Positions 28,756-38,444 of a stretch of 64,000 bases of DNA are shown here, piece after piece. Source of the DNA: an uncultured Methanosarcinales archaeon (GTDB taxonomy: Archaea; Nanobdellota; Nanobdellia; Woesearchaeales; CAZYIM01); the NCBI GenBank assembly GCA_964647565.1, contig CAZYIM010000001.1, forward strand, positions 84,184 through 148,183, in the 5' to 3' direction. Every line of letters begins with the position of its first letter. Position 1 is the stretch's first letter. A program made the translations under genes and the position numbers. The notes beneath the pieces were generated by a model. That model had not been told where the DNA came from. It saw only the letters and a list, made by a program, of their open reading frames with translations, and did not search any database.

Positions 28756-29781
28756 TCAAGGGGCAGGCTCTGTATGGCCCAGGCTTCTATGTTGTTCTAG
28801 ATAGAGCCTCAATTCATTGTTCAGCTTATCAACCAGATTCTGGTCGTATCTCTCTGTCTTGAAAAGCTGCTCTGCTGTGCTCTTGCTCAATAGTTCATGC
28901 CTGATATCAGTCATCCTTCCAAAAAAAATATTGGCTTCAACAGGTATTATATCCTTTCTCGGATTATAGGGTGAACTGGTCTTAAAGCCTTCTATCTCTA
29001 TATCTGTCCAGTCATCCCAGAAATCCTCGCGATATGAGGATGTTTGAATGATTTCAGTCTTCTTATTTAATTCAGGAAATTCCAGCTCGTATTCTGTGAA
29101 AGATCTGTACCCGATGATCCAATCAGCAATCTCTTTTACCAAATAATGATCTTTGTCATCAAGATCTTTTTTATTCAATAGATGCAATTTCTCGAGTTGA
29201 TTTTTTCCTTTTTGTTTCAAGCCAGTAAACTCACTCCAGCCGCAGGGTATCTTAAGCTTAGCATATCTATCTTCAAAGCGCTTGTCCTCTGCTAACCAGC
29301 TTTTAGTCCCATTTACAGGTTGATGTCGCTTGAGAATTTTCTTCTGCTGCCTTCTGACATCTGTATCAGCTGTCAAGACCAGCCAATCACCATCCATCAT
29401 TATCCTTACAGCAGCATCATACTCATTATGCCAGGAAGAATCTTCCCTGTTTGCTGAAAAATACTCAATCCTTATGTCATCTTTTGCTGTTTTCTCATAT
29501 ATGCTCATCAGGCTTATATCATCATATCCGCCCCATTCCCGCCAGCGATTGGGTATCCTGTCTGTTGATGACAGGTAGATAAGGCTTTTTCTGCTGTTCT
29601 TTTTTTGCTCAAGATAATCTGATAACTCATCAGTCATCTTTGCCAATTTTATATCTGAATCTGATTTGTTCGGATAGAAATAAGCCATGCAACTCCTGTT
29701 TTTGTTGGCTTCTTTAAAGTCTGCATTGGCTTTTTCCCAGTCAAACTGGCTCTTGATAAGGTTTTTCAGGTTTTTTTTCAT
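28756..29781 (-). CDS. Hypothetical protein
   Basis: 341-aa ORF, SD GGAGGT upstream. Confidence 0.65.
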   Translation of the reverse strand: MKKNLKNLIKSQFDWEKANADFKEANKNRSCMAYFYPNKSDSDIKLAKMTDELSDYLEQKKNSRKSLIYLSSTDRIPNRWREWGGYDDISLMSIYEKTAKDDIRIEYFSANREDSSWHNEYDAAVRIMMDGDWLVLTADTDVRRQQKKILKRHQPVNGTKSWLAEDKRFEDRYAKLKIPCGWSEFTGLKQKGKNQLEKLHLLNKKDLDDKDHYLVKEIADWIIGYRSFTEYELEFPELNKKTEIIQTSSYREDFWDDWTDIEIEGFKTSSPYNPRKDIIPVEANIFFGRMTDIRHELLSKSTAEQLFKTERYDQNLVDKLNNELRLYLEQHRSLGHTEPAP

Positions 29782-29783
29782 TT

Positions 29784-30470
29784 TCAGTTACCTCCTATGA
29801 TTTTCTTAGAATTTCTTTTTAGCTCAAAATCAAGAATCTCCCTGGAAGCATAAGCAGTATGATTCGTAGTTTCCCATCTAATATCTGCTTCACTTGTCCA
29901 GTCAAAATATTTCTTTGTTGAAGTCTCAGATCTATCAGGCCCAAAAGTCAACCGTAGATCAACGCTGTCAGCCTCTAGATGCAAGGGTTGATATAGTCTA
30001 ATCCGGGGAACAATAATATTTGTATAAGGTTCTGTCCGGACTATTTTTATCAGGTCGTACAAGGATTCATAGGATTGCTTAATCTTTTTTTCCATTTTGC
30101 AGTCTTCAGTGATTGTTTTCTCCCATTTTATTGCTTGTATAGGCTCGATTAGCTTATGCCTGCGAGTGTTGGGAAATGTTGTAAACGGCATTAAATATTC
30201 ATAAGCCATACTGGCCTTGGACCACGGGGGATGAACGCTTTTCCAGCTATGTTCATAATCCATATATGCAAGCTCACTATATCGATATATCCGATTCCTT
30301 ATAGTTCCAATACTGCAGTTATTTTGACATGCGTTGCTGGTCTCTCGGTTGTTGTATTTCCTGACAAGTTCCAGGTCGATAATCCTTGTTAAAAAGCTGT
30401 CAAAGCAGTTGGGTTGTTTCTGGAGTTTAACATGAACAGGATCAAGCCATCTCAATTTTTGTTGTTCCAT
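29784..30470 (-). CDS. Hypothetical protein
   Basis: 228-aa ORF, SD GGTGA upstream. Confidence 0.65.
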   Translation of the reverse strand: MEQQKLRWLDPVHVKLQKQPNCFDSFLTRIIDLELVRKYNNRETSNACQNNCSIGTIRNRIYRYSELAYMDYEHSWKSVHPPWSKASMAYEYLMPFTTFPNTRRHKLIEPIQAIKWEKTITEDCKMEKKIKQSYESLYDLIKIVRTEPYTNIIVPRIRLYQPLHLEADSVDLRLTFGPDRSETSTKKYFDWTSEADIRWETTNHTAYASREILDFELKRNSKKIIGGN

Positions 30471-30577
30471 TGTTTATCACCAATAATAGGAGTAATTCTA
30501 GAGATTTAGTAATGATTGATATGAATCATATCATTAATATCACAACATTTAAATATAAGCTATGATATCATATGCTC

Positions 30578-31447
30578 ATGAGACGGAAATTGATCCGGCA
30601 AGGGCGAGGGGGACTCACCTTTTACATACCAAAGCAGTGGACAGAGGAGCGGAAACTGACTGCGGGGGATGAAATAGACGTAGAGGAGGTTGAAAATAAC
30701 CTCCTTATTTCTTCTGACAAGAGGCACAAGCAAAAAGAGATCGCATTAAGTCTAGGCAATGAAAGCCAGGAATTTATCCGGAACTACTTGAACCAGCTAT
30801 ACAAGTTGGGCTATGACAAGATAAGCATAAGCTCCAAGAGTGCGTCAAAGCTCTTATTGTGCAAGAAGTTCACAAGCATGTTTTTACTCGGGTTTGAGGT
30901 AATAGAGGACAAAAAGGGTCTGTTGGTTCTTGAGAACATAACAGGCCCAAAGAACGAGAAGGAAGATATCCTCTTAAGGAGGATGTTCTTTCTGATTCGG
31001 GATTCATACAATATGCTGATAGATGACCTGGAGAACAAACAATCCGAACATCAAAAAGACGTCTTCAGAAACACCAGGAAGGTAACAGAGTACGACAACC
31101 TGCTCAAAAGAGGATTGGTCACCCAGAATTTTGCATTTGGCCACCAGTTCTTCAAATGGGAGATGTACTCATCTCTGGTATTGATACAGCACCACTTCTA
31201 CCACATCTATGCTCAATCGATGAATATCACAGACAGAGATTATCTTGATCAGTTATTTGAAAATTTCAACGGCATCTACGAAGCATTCTACAAGAACGAT
31301 CAAACTAGCTTAGACAAGCTCCAAAAAGAGGCCAACAGGCTCTGGGTTGAGGGACTGACGAGCCTTTTGGCTGATTTCGCAAGACTGCAATATCTATTGT
31401 GTACGCCTATAATAGGATTGAAGACAAAAAGCAAAGAAGAAAAATAA
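30578..31447 (+). CDS. AbrB-domain / PhoU-like phosphate uptake regulator family
   Basis: MRRKLIRQG..GLT.YIPK.W...L..GDEI, LY.LGYD, LLGFE, LRRMF. Confidence 0.8.
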   Translation: MRRKLIRQGRGGLTFYIPKQWTEERKLTAGDEIDVEEVENNLLISSDKRHKQKEIALSLGNESQEFIRNYLNQLYKLGYDKISISSKSASKLLLCKKFTSMFLLGFEVIEDKKGLLVLENITGPKNEKEDILLRRMFFLIRDSYNMLIDDLENKQSEHQKDVFRNTRKVTEYDNLLKRGLVTQNFAFGHQFFKWEMYSSLVLIQHHFYHIYAQSMNITDRDYLDQLFENFNGIYEAFYKNDQTSLDKLQKEANRLWVEGLTSLLADFARLQYLLCTPIIGLKTKSKEEK

Positions 31448-31451
31448 GAAA

Positions 31452-32273
31452 TTACAATTTTGTTAGTGTACAGACCTGTGGCCCACGTTCTTTTACATAA
31501 GTCGTATAAGAGTCTACAAGTCTCTTGCCTAGAACAGCGATTGAGTTATTGTATTGCTCTGCGGTCTGGGATAGAGTCTTAACAGGATCATGCTCTATCT
31601 TAGCAGGTCTGAATTTAAGATCATAGACTGGATCTAACATGAAATTTGCAAAGTTGAAGCCGATCTGTCTCCAGCCATCCATTAACACCTCGTTTAAGAT
31701 AGTAGATGCGATGATTAGACCTTCCTTCATACTTCCAAGCTCTTCATTAAGGCTTGTGCTGACAGTTGACATCGTATACATCATGTCTATTGCATCAGTA
31801 AGGTAGTTCTTGAAATTCTCTGATTTTGGGAACATTTCCCTGATTGCAGACTTAATATTTTGGTCATGTGCCAGCGGCTGTTGTTCCATTGCCTTACTCA
31901 TATTTTCTCGCACTTCCTCACCAGCCTCAAAGGCCTGCATAAAGCTTTGGATTGCTTCGAAACACTTTAATCCCTGCAAACTTGACCCGAGGGTCTTATA
32001 CTGAGTATAAAGTTTATTCATATCACTCTCTCCTAAAATACCTTCCAGATATGCCCTGTATGCTTCCTGCGGAGTCTTAGGATTACATTGCTCTGTCAGA
32101 AGCTTTTGGGCTGAAATCCTTCCAACTTGATTCAACTCATCAATTTCCATTATTTCAGCTATCACATCAAGATACTTTGTTTCCTGTACTTTGAAGATTC
32201 CAGAGTGTTCTTTAGCAAAATTATCTAAATGTGATGTTAGATATCTGCCCATATTTTCTACTACATTTTCCAT
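31452..32273 (-). CDS. Hypothetical helical protein
   Basis: 273-aa ORF, SD GGTGG upstream. Confidence 0.65.
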   Translation of the reverse strand: MENVVENMGRYLTSHLDNFAKEHSGIFKVQETKYLDVIAEIMEIDELNQVGRISAQKLLTEQCNPKTPQEAYRAYLEGILGESDMNKLYTQYKTLGSSLQGLKCFEAIQSFMQAFEAGEEVRENMSKAMEQQPLAHDQNIKSAIREMFPKSENFKNYLTDAIDMMYTMSTVSTSLNEELGSMKEGLIIASTILNEVLMDGWRQIGFNFANFMLDPVYDLKFRPAKIEHDPVKTLSQTAEQYNNSIAVLGKRLVDSYTTYVKERGPQVCTLTKL

Positions 32274-32357
32274 TTATTACCACCCGAATATGTTTTAAAA
32301 ACAGAATAATTATAAGCTATTTAAAACTTTCTACAATTCATAACTATGAAGTGAATA

Positions 32358-33497
32358 CTACTTCCTTAGTACGGGCGCCAGCTTATCAAGAACTTCTGCA
32401 TAATCAATGCCTTTTGAGCTGTCTACTGCATGATAAAAACCGTGATGCATCGATGCCTGGCCTGCTTGTATCATCTCTTCCAACTTGCCATTAGGCATCT
32501 GCAGTTTCAGCTTATTGTCGAGATGCTGCAGGTCAAGATTATCCCTTTCTTTGCATCTCCTGATCCTTTCAGTAAAATCACAATTAATCAAGATGCAATT
32601 ATAGTTGACATGAGGTAGCATGTTATATTCGACTATATAAGCAGCATCCACCAATACGATGCTCCTTTTCTTGAATCTGTATTCTGCCAGTTCCTCCTCA
32701 AACTGGACATGTGAAGGGATACCGAAGATACTGTTCAGCTTCTGCATGGATTCATGATTGCCAAAGGCTATCTTAGACATCTTTTTTCTGTCAATCTTAT
32801 CTGCAGTTATAATACCTTCACCGAAAATTTCTATCATTTGCTGTCTTGCCTGCTCATATAAAGGTCCCTCTTTTTCAAACACCTTTTTTCCAAAGGAGTC
32901 AAAATCAATATGGAATAAATTATCATAGCCTGCTTTTTTTGCATATTCAATCAATTCCTGGCAAAAGGTAGTCTTGCCTGAGCCCATGTTTCCTGTCACA
33001 CCTACCAAAGTCTGGTTCCATATCTTCTCTTCAAGGCCTTGTTTGACAGCAGGATGCACATAGTCATGTACAAAGCTGCCTGATTTCACTATTGCCTTGA
33101 CCATGGTTGAACTTACATCCCTAAAGCCGTTTGGAGCAGGAATAACAAAGGTCTGCAATCCAAATTCATTGTTAAAGTCAGATAGTCTCTGTTCATACTC
33201 AAAATCCATAGGTTTCCTTGAACCTCTTATTATGAATTTGGCGCCCTTTTGCACTACATAATTCCGTAATACACCCTCAAAACTCTCCACTATCACATTC
33301 TCTACGCCAGCAGTTTTGACTGCCTTTTTAGCCAACTGTATCCTTTCACTCATACTAAAGAGGCAGTTCTTTTCTGGATTGGGTCCTATTGAGAAATATA
33401 TCTTTTCAAAGAGCCTTGATTTGGCAGCCGCACTCAAAGTATAGATGTGGCCATTGTGTATGGGATCTGCAGATAAAGGATAGACAGCTATTGCCAT
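32358..33497 (-). CDS. coaD: Fused phosphopantetheine adenylyltransferase (bacterial-type CoaD) + dephospho-CoA kinase (CoaE)
   Basis: DPIHNGH, IRGSR...DFEYE, VSSTMVK; then GVTGNMGSGKTT, IDRKKM..IAF, ERI.R..ERD. Confidence 0.85.
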   Translation of the reverse strand: MAIAVYPLSADPIHNGHIYTLSAAAKSRLFEKIYFSIGPNPEKNCLFSMSERIQLAKKAVKTAGVENVIVESFEGVLRNYVVQKGAKFIIRGSRKPMDFEYEQRLSDFNNEFGLQTFVIPAPNGFRDVSSTMVKAIVKSGSFVHDYVHPAVKQGLEEKIWNQTLVGVTGNMGSGKTTFCQELIEYAKKAGYDNLFHIDFDSFGKKVFEKEGPLYEQARQQMIEIFGEGIITADKIDRKKMSKIAFGNHESMQKLNSIFGIPSHVQFEEELAEYRFKKRSIVLVDAAYIVEYNMLPHVNYNCILINCDFTERIRRCKERDNLDLQHLDNKLKLQMPNGKLEEMIQAGQASMHHGFYHAVDSSKGIDYAEVLDKLAPVLRK

Positions 33498-33594
33498 TTT
33501 TTATCACCAGTCCTATAATCCCCCAGGAAAATATAATTCTATTCTATAAAGAAATTTAAAGAAAGTAAAAAGTTTAAATAAGAATGAATAAAAG

Positions 33595-33903
33595 TTATTT
33601 AGTCAGAATGATGCTTTCAAGCTGTCGCTTTATTTTGCCTGCTTCCTTTCGGTCATTGTTGGGTTCAAAGATCTCAAAATGAAGATGCTCATGCTCGTAA
33701 TGCAACTTCAGTCTGCAGCCGTCTTTGAGATTATATTCCTGACGTGCAGGTATTCCCTTAAAAGAATTCTGTTCCTTCTCGCCTTTATAATCTTCATAGT
33801 TCAGGCTGTTTTCCTCGAGATATTCCTCAAGTTTTGACCAGCGATCATCATGTATCAGGATATAGTTGATGATCTTGTCAATGATGGGTTTTTCCTTGCT
33901 CAT
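33595..33903 (-). CDS. Hypothetical protein
   Basis: ATGA overlap with upstream ORF. Confidence 0.6.
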   Translation of the reverse strand: MSKEKPIIDKIINYILIHDDRWSKLEEYLEENSLNYEDYKGEKEQNSFKGIPARQEYNLKDGCRLKLHYEHEHLHFEIFEPNNDRKEAGKIKRQLESIILTK

Positions 33904-34238
33904 TTGTTTAGCTCTATAAGTTGACATATGGGTCGTCTAATTTGAGTTGCCTGTCTCCAGCCTAAAGCTGAATAGACACCGACTTGTAAAGAATTATCTC
34001 TCCTGGTCAGGTAGATTTCTGAAGCTGTTTGGGGTAAATCAAAAATATATGTGGTCTGTATGACCTGGCCAGGCATATTTGATGATAGGTTGGCCTTCTT
34101 GTTGATTTTCAGCCTCTTTTTTCCACCCTGATCGTTAATATAACTCTCAATTTGCGGCCATAACGAACCAATCGTGTCTGCACCTAACTTCTTATAAGAT
34201 TTTGATGTTTGTGTTTTTTTCAAAATTGCCGGCGGCAT
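33900..34238 (-). CDS. Hypothetical protein
   Basis: ATG 34238 lies ~23 nt past TATA 34261-34268. Confidence 0.6.
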   Translation of the reverse strand: MPPAILKKTQTSKSYKKLGADTIGSLWPQIESYINDQGGKKRLKINKKANLSSNMPGQVIQTTYIFDLPQTASEIYLTRRDNSLQVGVYSALGWRQATQIRRPICQLIELNK

Positions 34239-34425
34239 GCCAACAAAAAAGATATTCCCCTTTATAAATATTCTCATTATTTACCACTTAAAAGGGGTGA
34301 TTAAGCACACTAGAAAAGATTTATCATAAAAATCATTTTGATTTCTATGACTTCGCTTTGCTCGTTCCTCAACTTTTGCTATATGCTAGAAAAATTTTAT
34401 AAATACTACCGATTTCTACTACTAC

Positions 34426-34491
34426 ATGGCTACTGTAATAGCAAAAGAGTTAAAAACTATTGCCAGTATTATTTCTATCATTATCATGTGA
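34426..34491 (+). CDS. Putative Ile-rich leader peptide MATVIAKELKTIASIISIIIM
   Basis: ATG ~22 nt downstream of TATA TTTATAAA (34396-34403); 7 of 21 codons Ile; 68 nt upstream of ileS. Confidence 0.7.
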   Translation: MATVIAKELKTIASIISIIIM

Positions 34492-34559
34492 TTAGCTGGT
34501 TCTTTCTAGGACTGGCAGCCGAATGATGGTAGAATAAAGAAGATAAAGGTGCATTTCAA

Positions 34560-37500
34560 ATGAAAATCGAAAAGAACTATGATTTCAAAAAGATAGAAAA
34601 CGAGGTCCATGCGCTCTGGAAGCGAATAAAGCTGTTGGAGCTTTGGCAAAAACAGAATGCAAAGGGCGAGAAATACTTTTTGCTGGACGGACCGCCGTAT
34701 GCCAACTATGTCCCGCATGTAGGTCATATCAGGAATACTGTCTTTAAGGACATGTATATCAGGATCGCTTTTCAGGAAGGCAGGAATGTCTTCTTCCAGC
34801 CTGGTTTTGACACCCACGGCCTGCCTATCGAGAATATGGTGGAAAAAAAGCTTAAGCTAACATCCAAAAAGGATATCCAGAAGATGGGCATAAGAAAATT
34901 CATGAAAGAGTGCAGGGACAGCGCCGCCCTAAACAAGGACCTCTGGCTGGAAGCCTACAGGAACCTGGGTTCAGTATATGCATGGAACGATCCCTATCTG
35001 ACTTATGAGAACAGCTATATCGAATCTACCTGGTGGTCTTTCAAGCAACTCTGGGACAAGGGCCAAACGTATGAGGGTAAGAGACCTGTATTCTGGTGTC
35101 CAAAGTGTGAAACTGCTTTAGCAGGCTACGAGGCTACAGACTCTTATAAGAATGTTTCAGACCCTTCTGTGATTGTAAGATTCAAGGTAAAGGGAACCCA
35201 GGACGACTATCTATTAGTCTTCACAACAACACCCTGGACTCTTCCTGCCAATGCAGCTATTGCAGTCAAGAGTGATGAGGATTATGTTAAGGTCAAGACA
35301 GAGCAGTGGGATAACCTCATACTGGCCAAGAACTGCCTAAAACTACTAGACCAAATAAAGGTCAAATATGATATTATTGAGACCTTCAAGGGTGTGAAAC
35401 TTGACGGAATGAAATACGAATCATTATTGGATGTACCCTGTCAAAAAGAGCTGCAAAATAATCCAAATGCATTAAGGGTCTATTTGTCAATCCCTATCCT
35501 AAAAGAAAGAGTGGCCTCAAAGGTTGGAGCAAAGAAGGGCATCACAACAGGTGATGTATTTGAGGATTTTGTCACAGTCGAAGACGGAACAGGTATGGTC
35601 CATACTGCGCCAGGACATGGAAAGACAGACAATATGGTAGGTCTTCACTATAAGATTCCTGAGATCAGTCCCCTTGATGATGAATGCAAGTTCACAGATG
35701 AGGCTGGCAAGTATCAGGGCATGTTTGTCAAGGATGCAGACCATGTGATCGCAGAAGACATGCATCAGCAAAAGAAGCTTGTGCACTTTTCAAGGATAGA
35801 GCACTCCTATCCATTATGCTGGAGATGCAAAGCACCTTTAATTTTCAGAATGTCCAACCAATGGTTTTTGAAAATCGATCCTGTAAGGGAAAAGATGTTA
35901 AAGGCTAATGAAGAGGTCAACTGGCAGCCTGAATTTGCAAGAGACAGGTTTAGGGACTGGGTGGCCAATGCAGAGGACTGGAACTTCTCAAGGCAGAGAT
36001 ACTGGGGCATCCCTATCCCTATCTGGAAGTGTGAATGCGGAGATATGAAAGCTATTGGCTCTGTAGAGGAACTAAACAAGGATGCTGTTAAGAAAGTTGA
36101 TGAAAAGTTCGATCTTCATACTGTCAATGATGTGAAATTAAAATGTAAGTGCGGAAAGGAGATGACCCGGATCAACGAGATCTTTGATGTCTGGTATGAC
36201 TCTGGAAGCTCACCTTATGCAGCTATGGGATATCCGTTCAAGAACAAGGAACTTTTCGAAAGCCACTTCCCTGTAGACAGGATTAATGAATCCCAGGACC
36301 AGGTAAGAGGTTGGTTCTATTCCCTTATGTTCTGCGGCATATCTGTCTTTGGCAAGGCCCCATACAAAACAGTGTCCATGCCTGGCTGGGTAGTTGACAA
36401 GATGGGCGATAAGATGTCAAAATCAGTAGGCAATGTGGTCTTTGCAAAGGATGCACTGAATGATTTTGGTGCAGATGCACTACGCTTCTATTATTGCTGG
36501 GATATTGCAGCATATAGTCTGCAGAAGTTCAACACTGAAACCATAAAGACTGAAGTCTCTAAGTTATTCAATATTCTCTGGAACCTGCACAACTTCGTAT
36601 TGAATCATGGCGAGCAGATGAAAGAGCCAAAAACTGAGAAGATAGAGGACAAATGGATTCTCTCAAGATTAAATAGTGTAATCGGTTCTGCTAGGACGAA
36701 CCTGGCAAGCTATGAGATACACCTTGCTGGCAGGAACATCTATGACTTTATTTTGAACGACTTATCAAGGAGCTATGTACAGATCATAAGGGACAGGTTG
36801 GAATATGACCTTAATCCTATATATCTGATAAATTATTGCTTGAAGAAGATGGTGACGCTGATGGCACCGATATCTCCGTTCGTAACAGAGCAAATCTATC
36901 AGGACCTTAAGCAGGTCAATGATGGATTGAAGGAGTCTGTTCATCTTGAACTATTGCCAGACGCTGGCAAGTCAGATGAGAACTTGGAGAATGAGATGAA
37001 GGCTGTCTTTGATATCATGGGTGCTGTACTCTCTGCAAGAGACAAAAGACAATTAGGAGTAAGATGGCCCTTGCAAAAAGTTGTTGTGGATACTGCGGAC
37101 AAGACAGTTGTCAAGGCTTTGACAGATCTAAAAGAGCTGTTTTTAAAACAGGTCAACATCAAGGATGTCAAGTTTGAATCCTTTAAGGTAAATCTGAAGA
37201 TCAAGCCCAACTATAGGAATCTTGGAAAGGCCTTTGGCCAGGAAACCGCAGACGTCATCGGCGCTATAAAAGAAGCTGAAAATGCTATTGTCAAAGAGTT
37301 AGAAGCTGGCAAGGAAGAGTTTTCTGTTGGCAAGTACAAGATCAAGAAGGATCATCTTGAGATCACGAAAGAGACTTCCGAGGATTTTGAGATGGCTGAA
37401 TTCAAGAGCGGTTGTGTCTTTATTGAGACTCATCTGACTCCTGAATTAGAGGCAGAAGGCTTTGCGCGGGAGGTTATGCGAAGGGTTCAACAGCTTAGAA

Positions 37501-37709
37501 AGAAAGCTGATCTGCACAAGAGCAACATGATAAAGCTAGCTGTTGAGACTGATATGCATGACACTTTAGGCAAGTTCGCAGATGAGATCAAGGGCAAGGT
37601 CGGTGCAGAAGAGATCTTGATAGTTGAAAAAAGCGACAAAAAATATGCATATATTTCAGAAGAAAAAGTGAAAGGCAGGGTTTTCAAGATACTCCTGGAA
37701 AAAGTATAA
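34560..37709 (+). CDS. ileS: Isoleucyl-tRNA synthetase (archaeal/eukaryote-type IleRS2)
   Basis: DGPPYAN..HVGH, GFDTHGLPIE, TTTPWTLP.N, DWNFSRQRYWG, DQVRGWFY, KMSKS, EGFAREV.RR.Q..RK. Confidence 0.97.
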   Translation: MKIEKNYDFKKIENEVHALWKRIKLLELWQKQNAKGEKYFLLDGPPYANYVPHVGHIRNTVFKDMYIRIAFQEGRNVFFQPGFDTHGLPIENMVEKKLKLTSKKDIQKMGIRKFMKECRDSAALNKDLWLEAYRNLGSVYAWNDPYLTYENSYIESTWWSFKQLWDKGQTYEGKRPVFWCPKCETALAGYEATDSYKNVSDPSVIVRFKVKGTQDDYLLVFTTTPWTLPANAAIAVKSDEDYVKVKTEQWDNLILAKNCLKLLDQIKVKYDIIETFKGVKLDGMKYESLLDVPCQKELQNNPNALRVYLSIPILKERVASKVGAKKGITTGDVFEDFVTVEDGTGMVHTAPGHGKTDNMVGLHYKIPEISPLDDECKFTDEAGKYQGMFVKDADHVIAEDMHQQKKLVHFSRIEHSYPLCWRCKAPLIFRMSNQWFLKIDPVREKMLKANEEVNWQPEFARDRFRDWVANAEDWNFSRQRYWGIPIPIWKCECGDMKAIGSVEELNKDAVKKVDEKFDLHTVNDVKLKCKCGKEMTRINEIFDVWYDSGSSPYAAMGYPFKNKELFESHFPVDRINESQDQVRGWFYSLMFCGISVFGKAPYKTVSMPGWVVDKMGDKMSKSVGNVVFAKDALNDFGADALRFYYCWDIAAYSLQKFNTETIKTEVSKLFNILWNLHNFVLNHGEQMKEPKTEKIEDKWILSRLNSVIGSARTNLASYEIHLAGRNIYDFILNDLSRSYVQIIRDRLEYDLNPIYLINYCLKKMVTLMAPISPFVTEQIYQDLKQVNDGLKESVHLELLPDAGKSDENLENEMKAVFDIMGAVLSARDKRQLGVRWPLQKVVVDTADKTVVKALTDLKELFLKQVNIKDVKFESFKVNLKIKPNYRNLGKAFGQETADVIGAIKEAENAIVKELEAGKEEFSVGKYKIKKDHLEITKETSEDFEMAEFKSGCVFIETHLTPELEAEGFAREVMRRVQQLRKKADLHKSNMIKLAVETDMHDTLGKFADEIKGKVGAEEILIVEKSDKKYAYISEEKVKGRVFKILLEKV

Positions 37710-37997
37710 ATCATCGACGCATGGAATGGGACTCCAAGTGAAACGAAGGACGTCCCATACTAATCTCGGTGTCAATGGACGAAACCATTGGAAGAAACAG
37801 TCAAAAGCAGAAAGTTCAAGATATTTCTAGAGAAGATATAGATTTCCAAATTGTATCCCATAACTGTAATATTTAATTATTTGTAGCCCATAACTTTTGT
37901 ATTGTAAGGGGTGAAATAAAACTAACATCGAAGATTAATGTTAGTTTAGAAAAGGTTTAAATATAACTTAGTTTTTATCAGTTTTAGGTGGTTGAAC

Positions 37998-38432
37998 ATG
38001 AATGTACAAGAATCTGCAATAGATACCTATGTAAGAAAGATCATTCCAGAATACAATATTTCTGCTTTAAAGATTGAAGAAAAACCTGAAGATATAAGCC
38101 TACATCTTCATGCTAAGAGACAGCATAAAATGTGGTCCAGCATGTGGGGACCGACCAAGCTAAAACAAGCCCTGGACTCTGCAGGATTACCTTATAATAT
38201 AGGTCATGGAAATATTTGCTGTACTTTATATAATGGAAAATCTGATGAATTGGGAAACTTCAGTCTGCAGGCAAAATGGGGAGCAGATCTATTCTTTACA
38301 CCTGTACCCATACATGTTGGTGGCGGCCCTTCTTTTTACGACACTTTCTGCCTGAAGATTGAGAATGCAAGAAACGTTCAGGAAGTCAAGAAGTTAGTTG
38401 GTATTGTCAAGGATATGGTTGTTAAAAAATAA
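37998..38432 (+). CDS. Hypothetical protein
   Basis: SD AGGTGG and TATA 37956-37963 upstream. Confidence 0.65.
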   Translation: MNVQESAIDTYVRKIIPEYNISALKIEEKPEDISLHLHAKRQHKMWSSMWGPTKLKQALDSAGLPYNIGHGNICCTLYNGKSDELGNFSLQAKWGADLFFTPVPIHVGGGPSFYDTFCLKIENARNVQEVKKLVGIVKDMVVKK

Positions 38433-38444
38433 GCTGGCATATTT

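Noticed and set aside
22745..34300. Provirus or genomic island integrated at tRNA-Ser
   Set aside because: No integrase or viral genes, and no distant att copy noticed within the window
34400..34559. T-box riboswitch upstream of ileS
   Set aside because: No T-box consensus or specifier stem recognised; leader is short and occupied by a uORF
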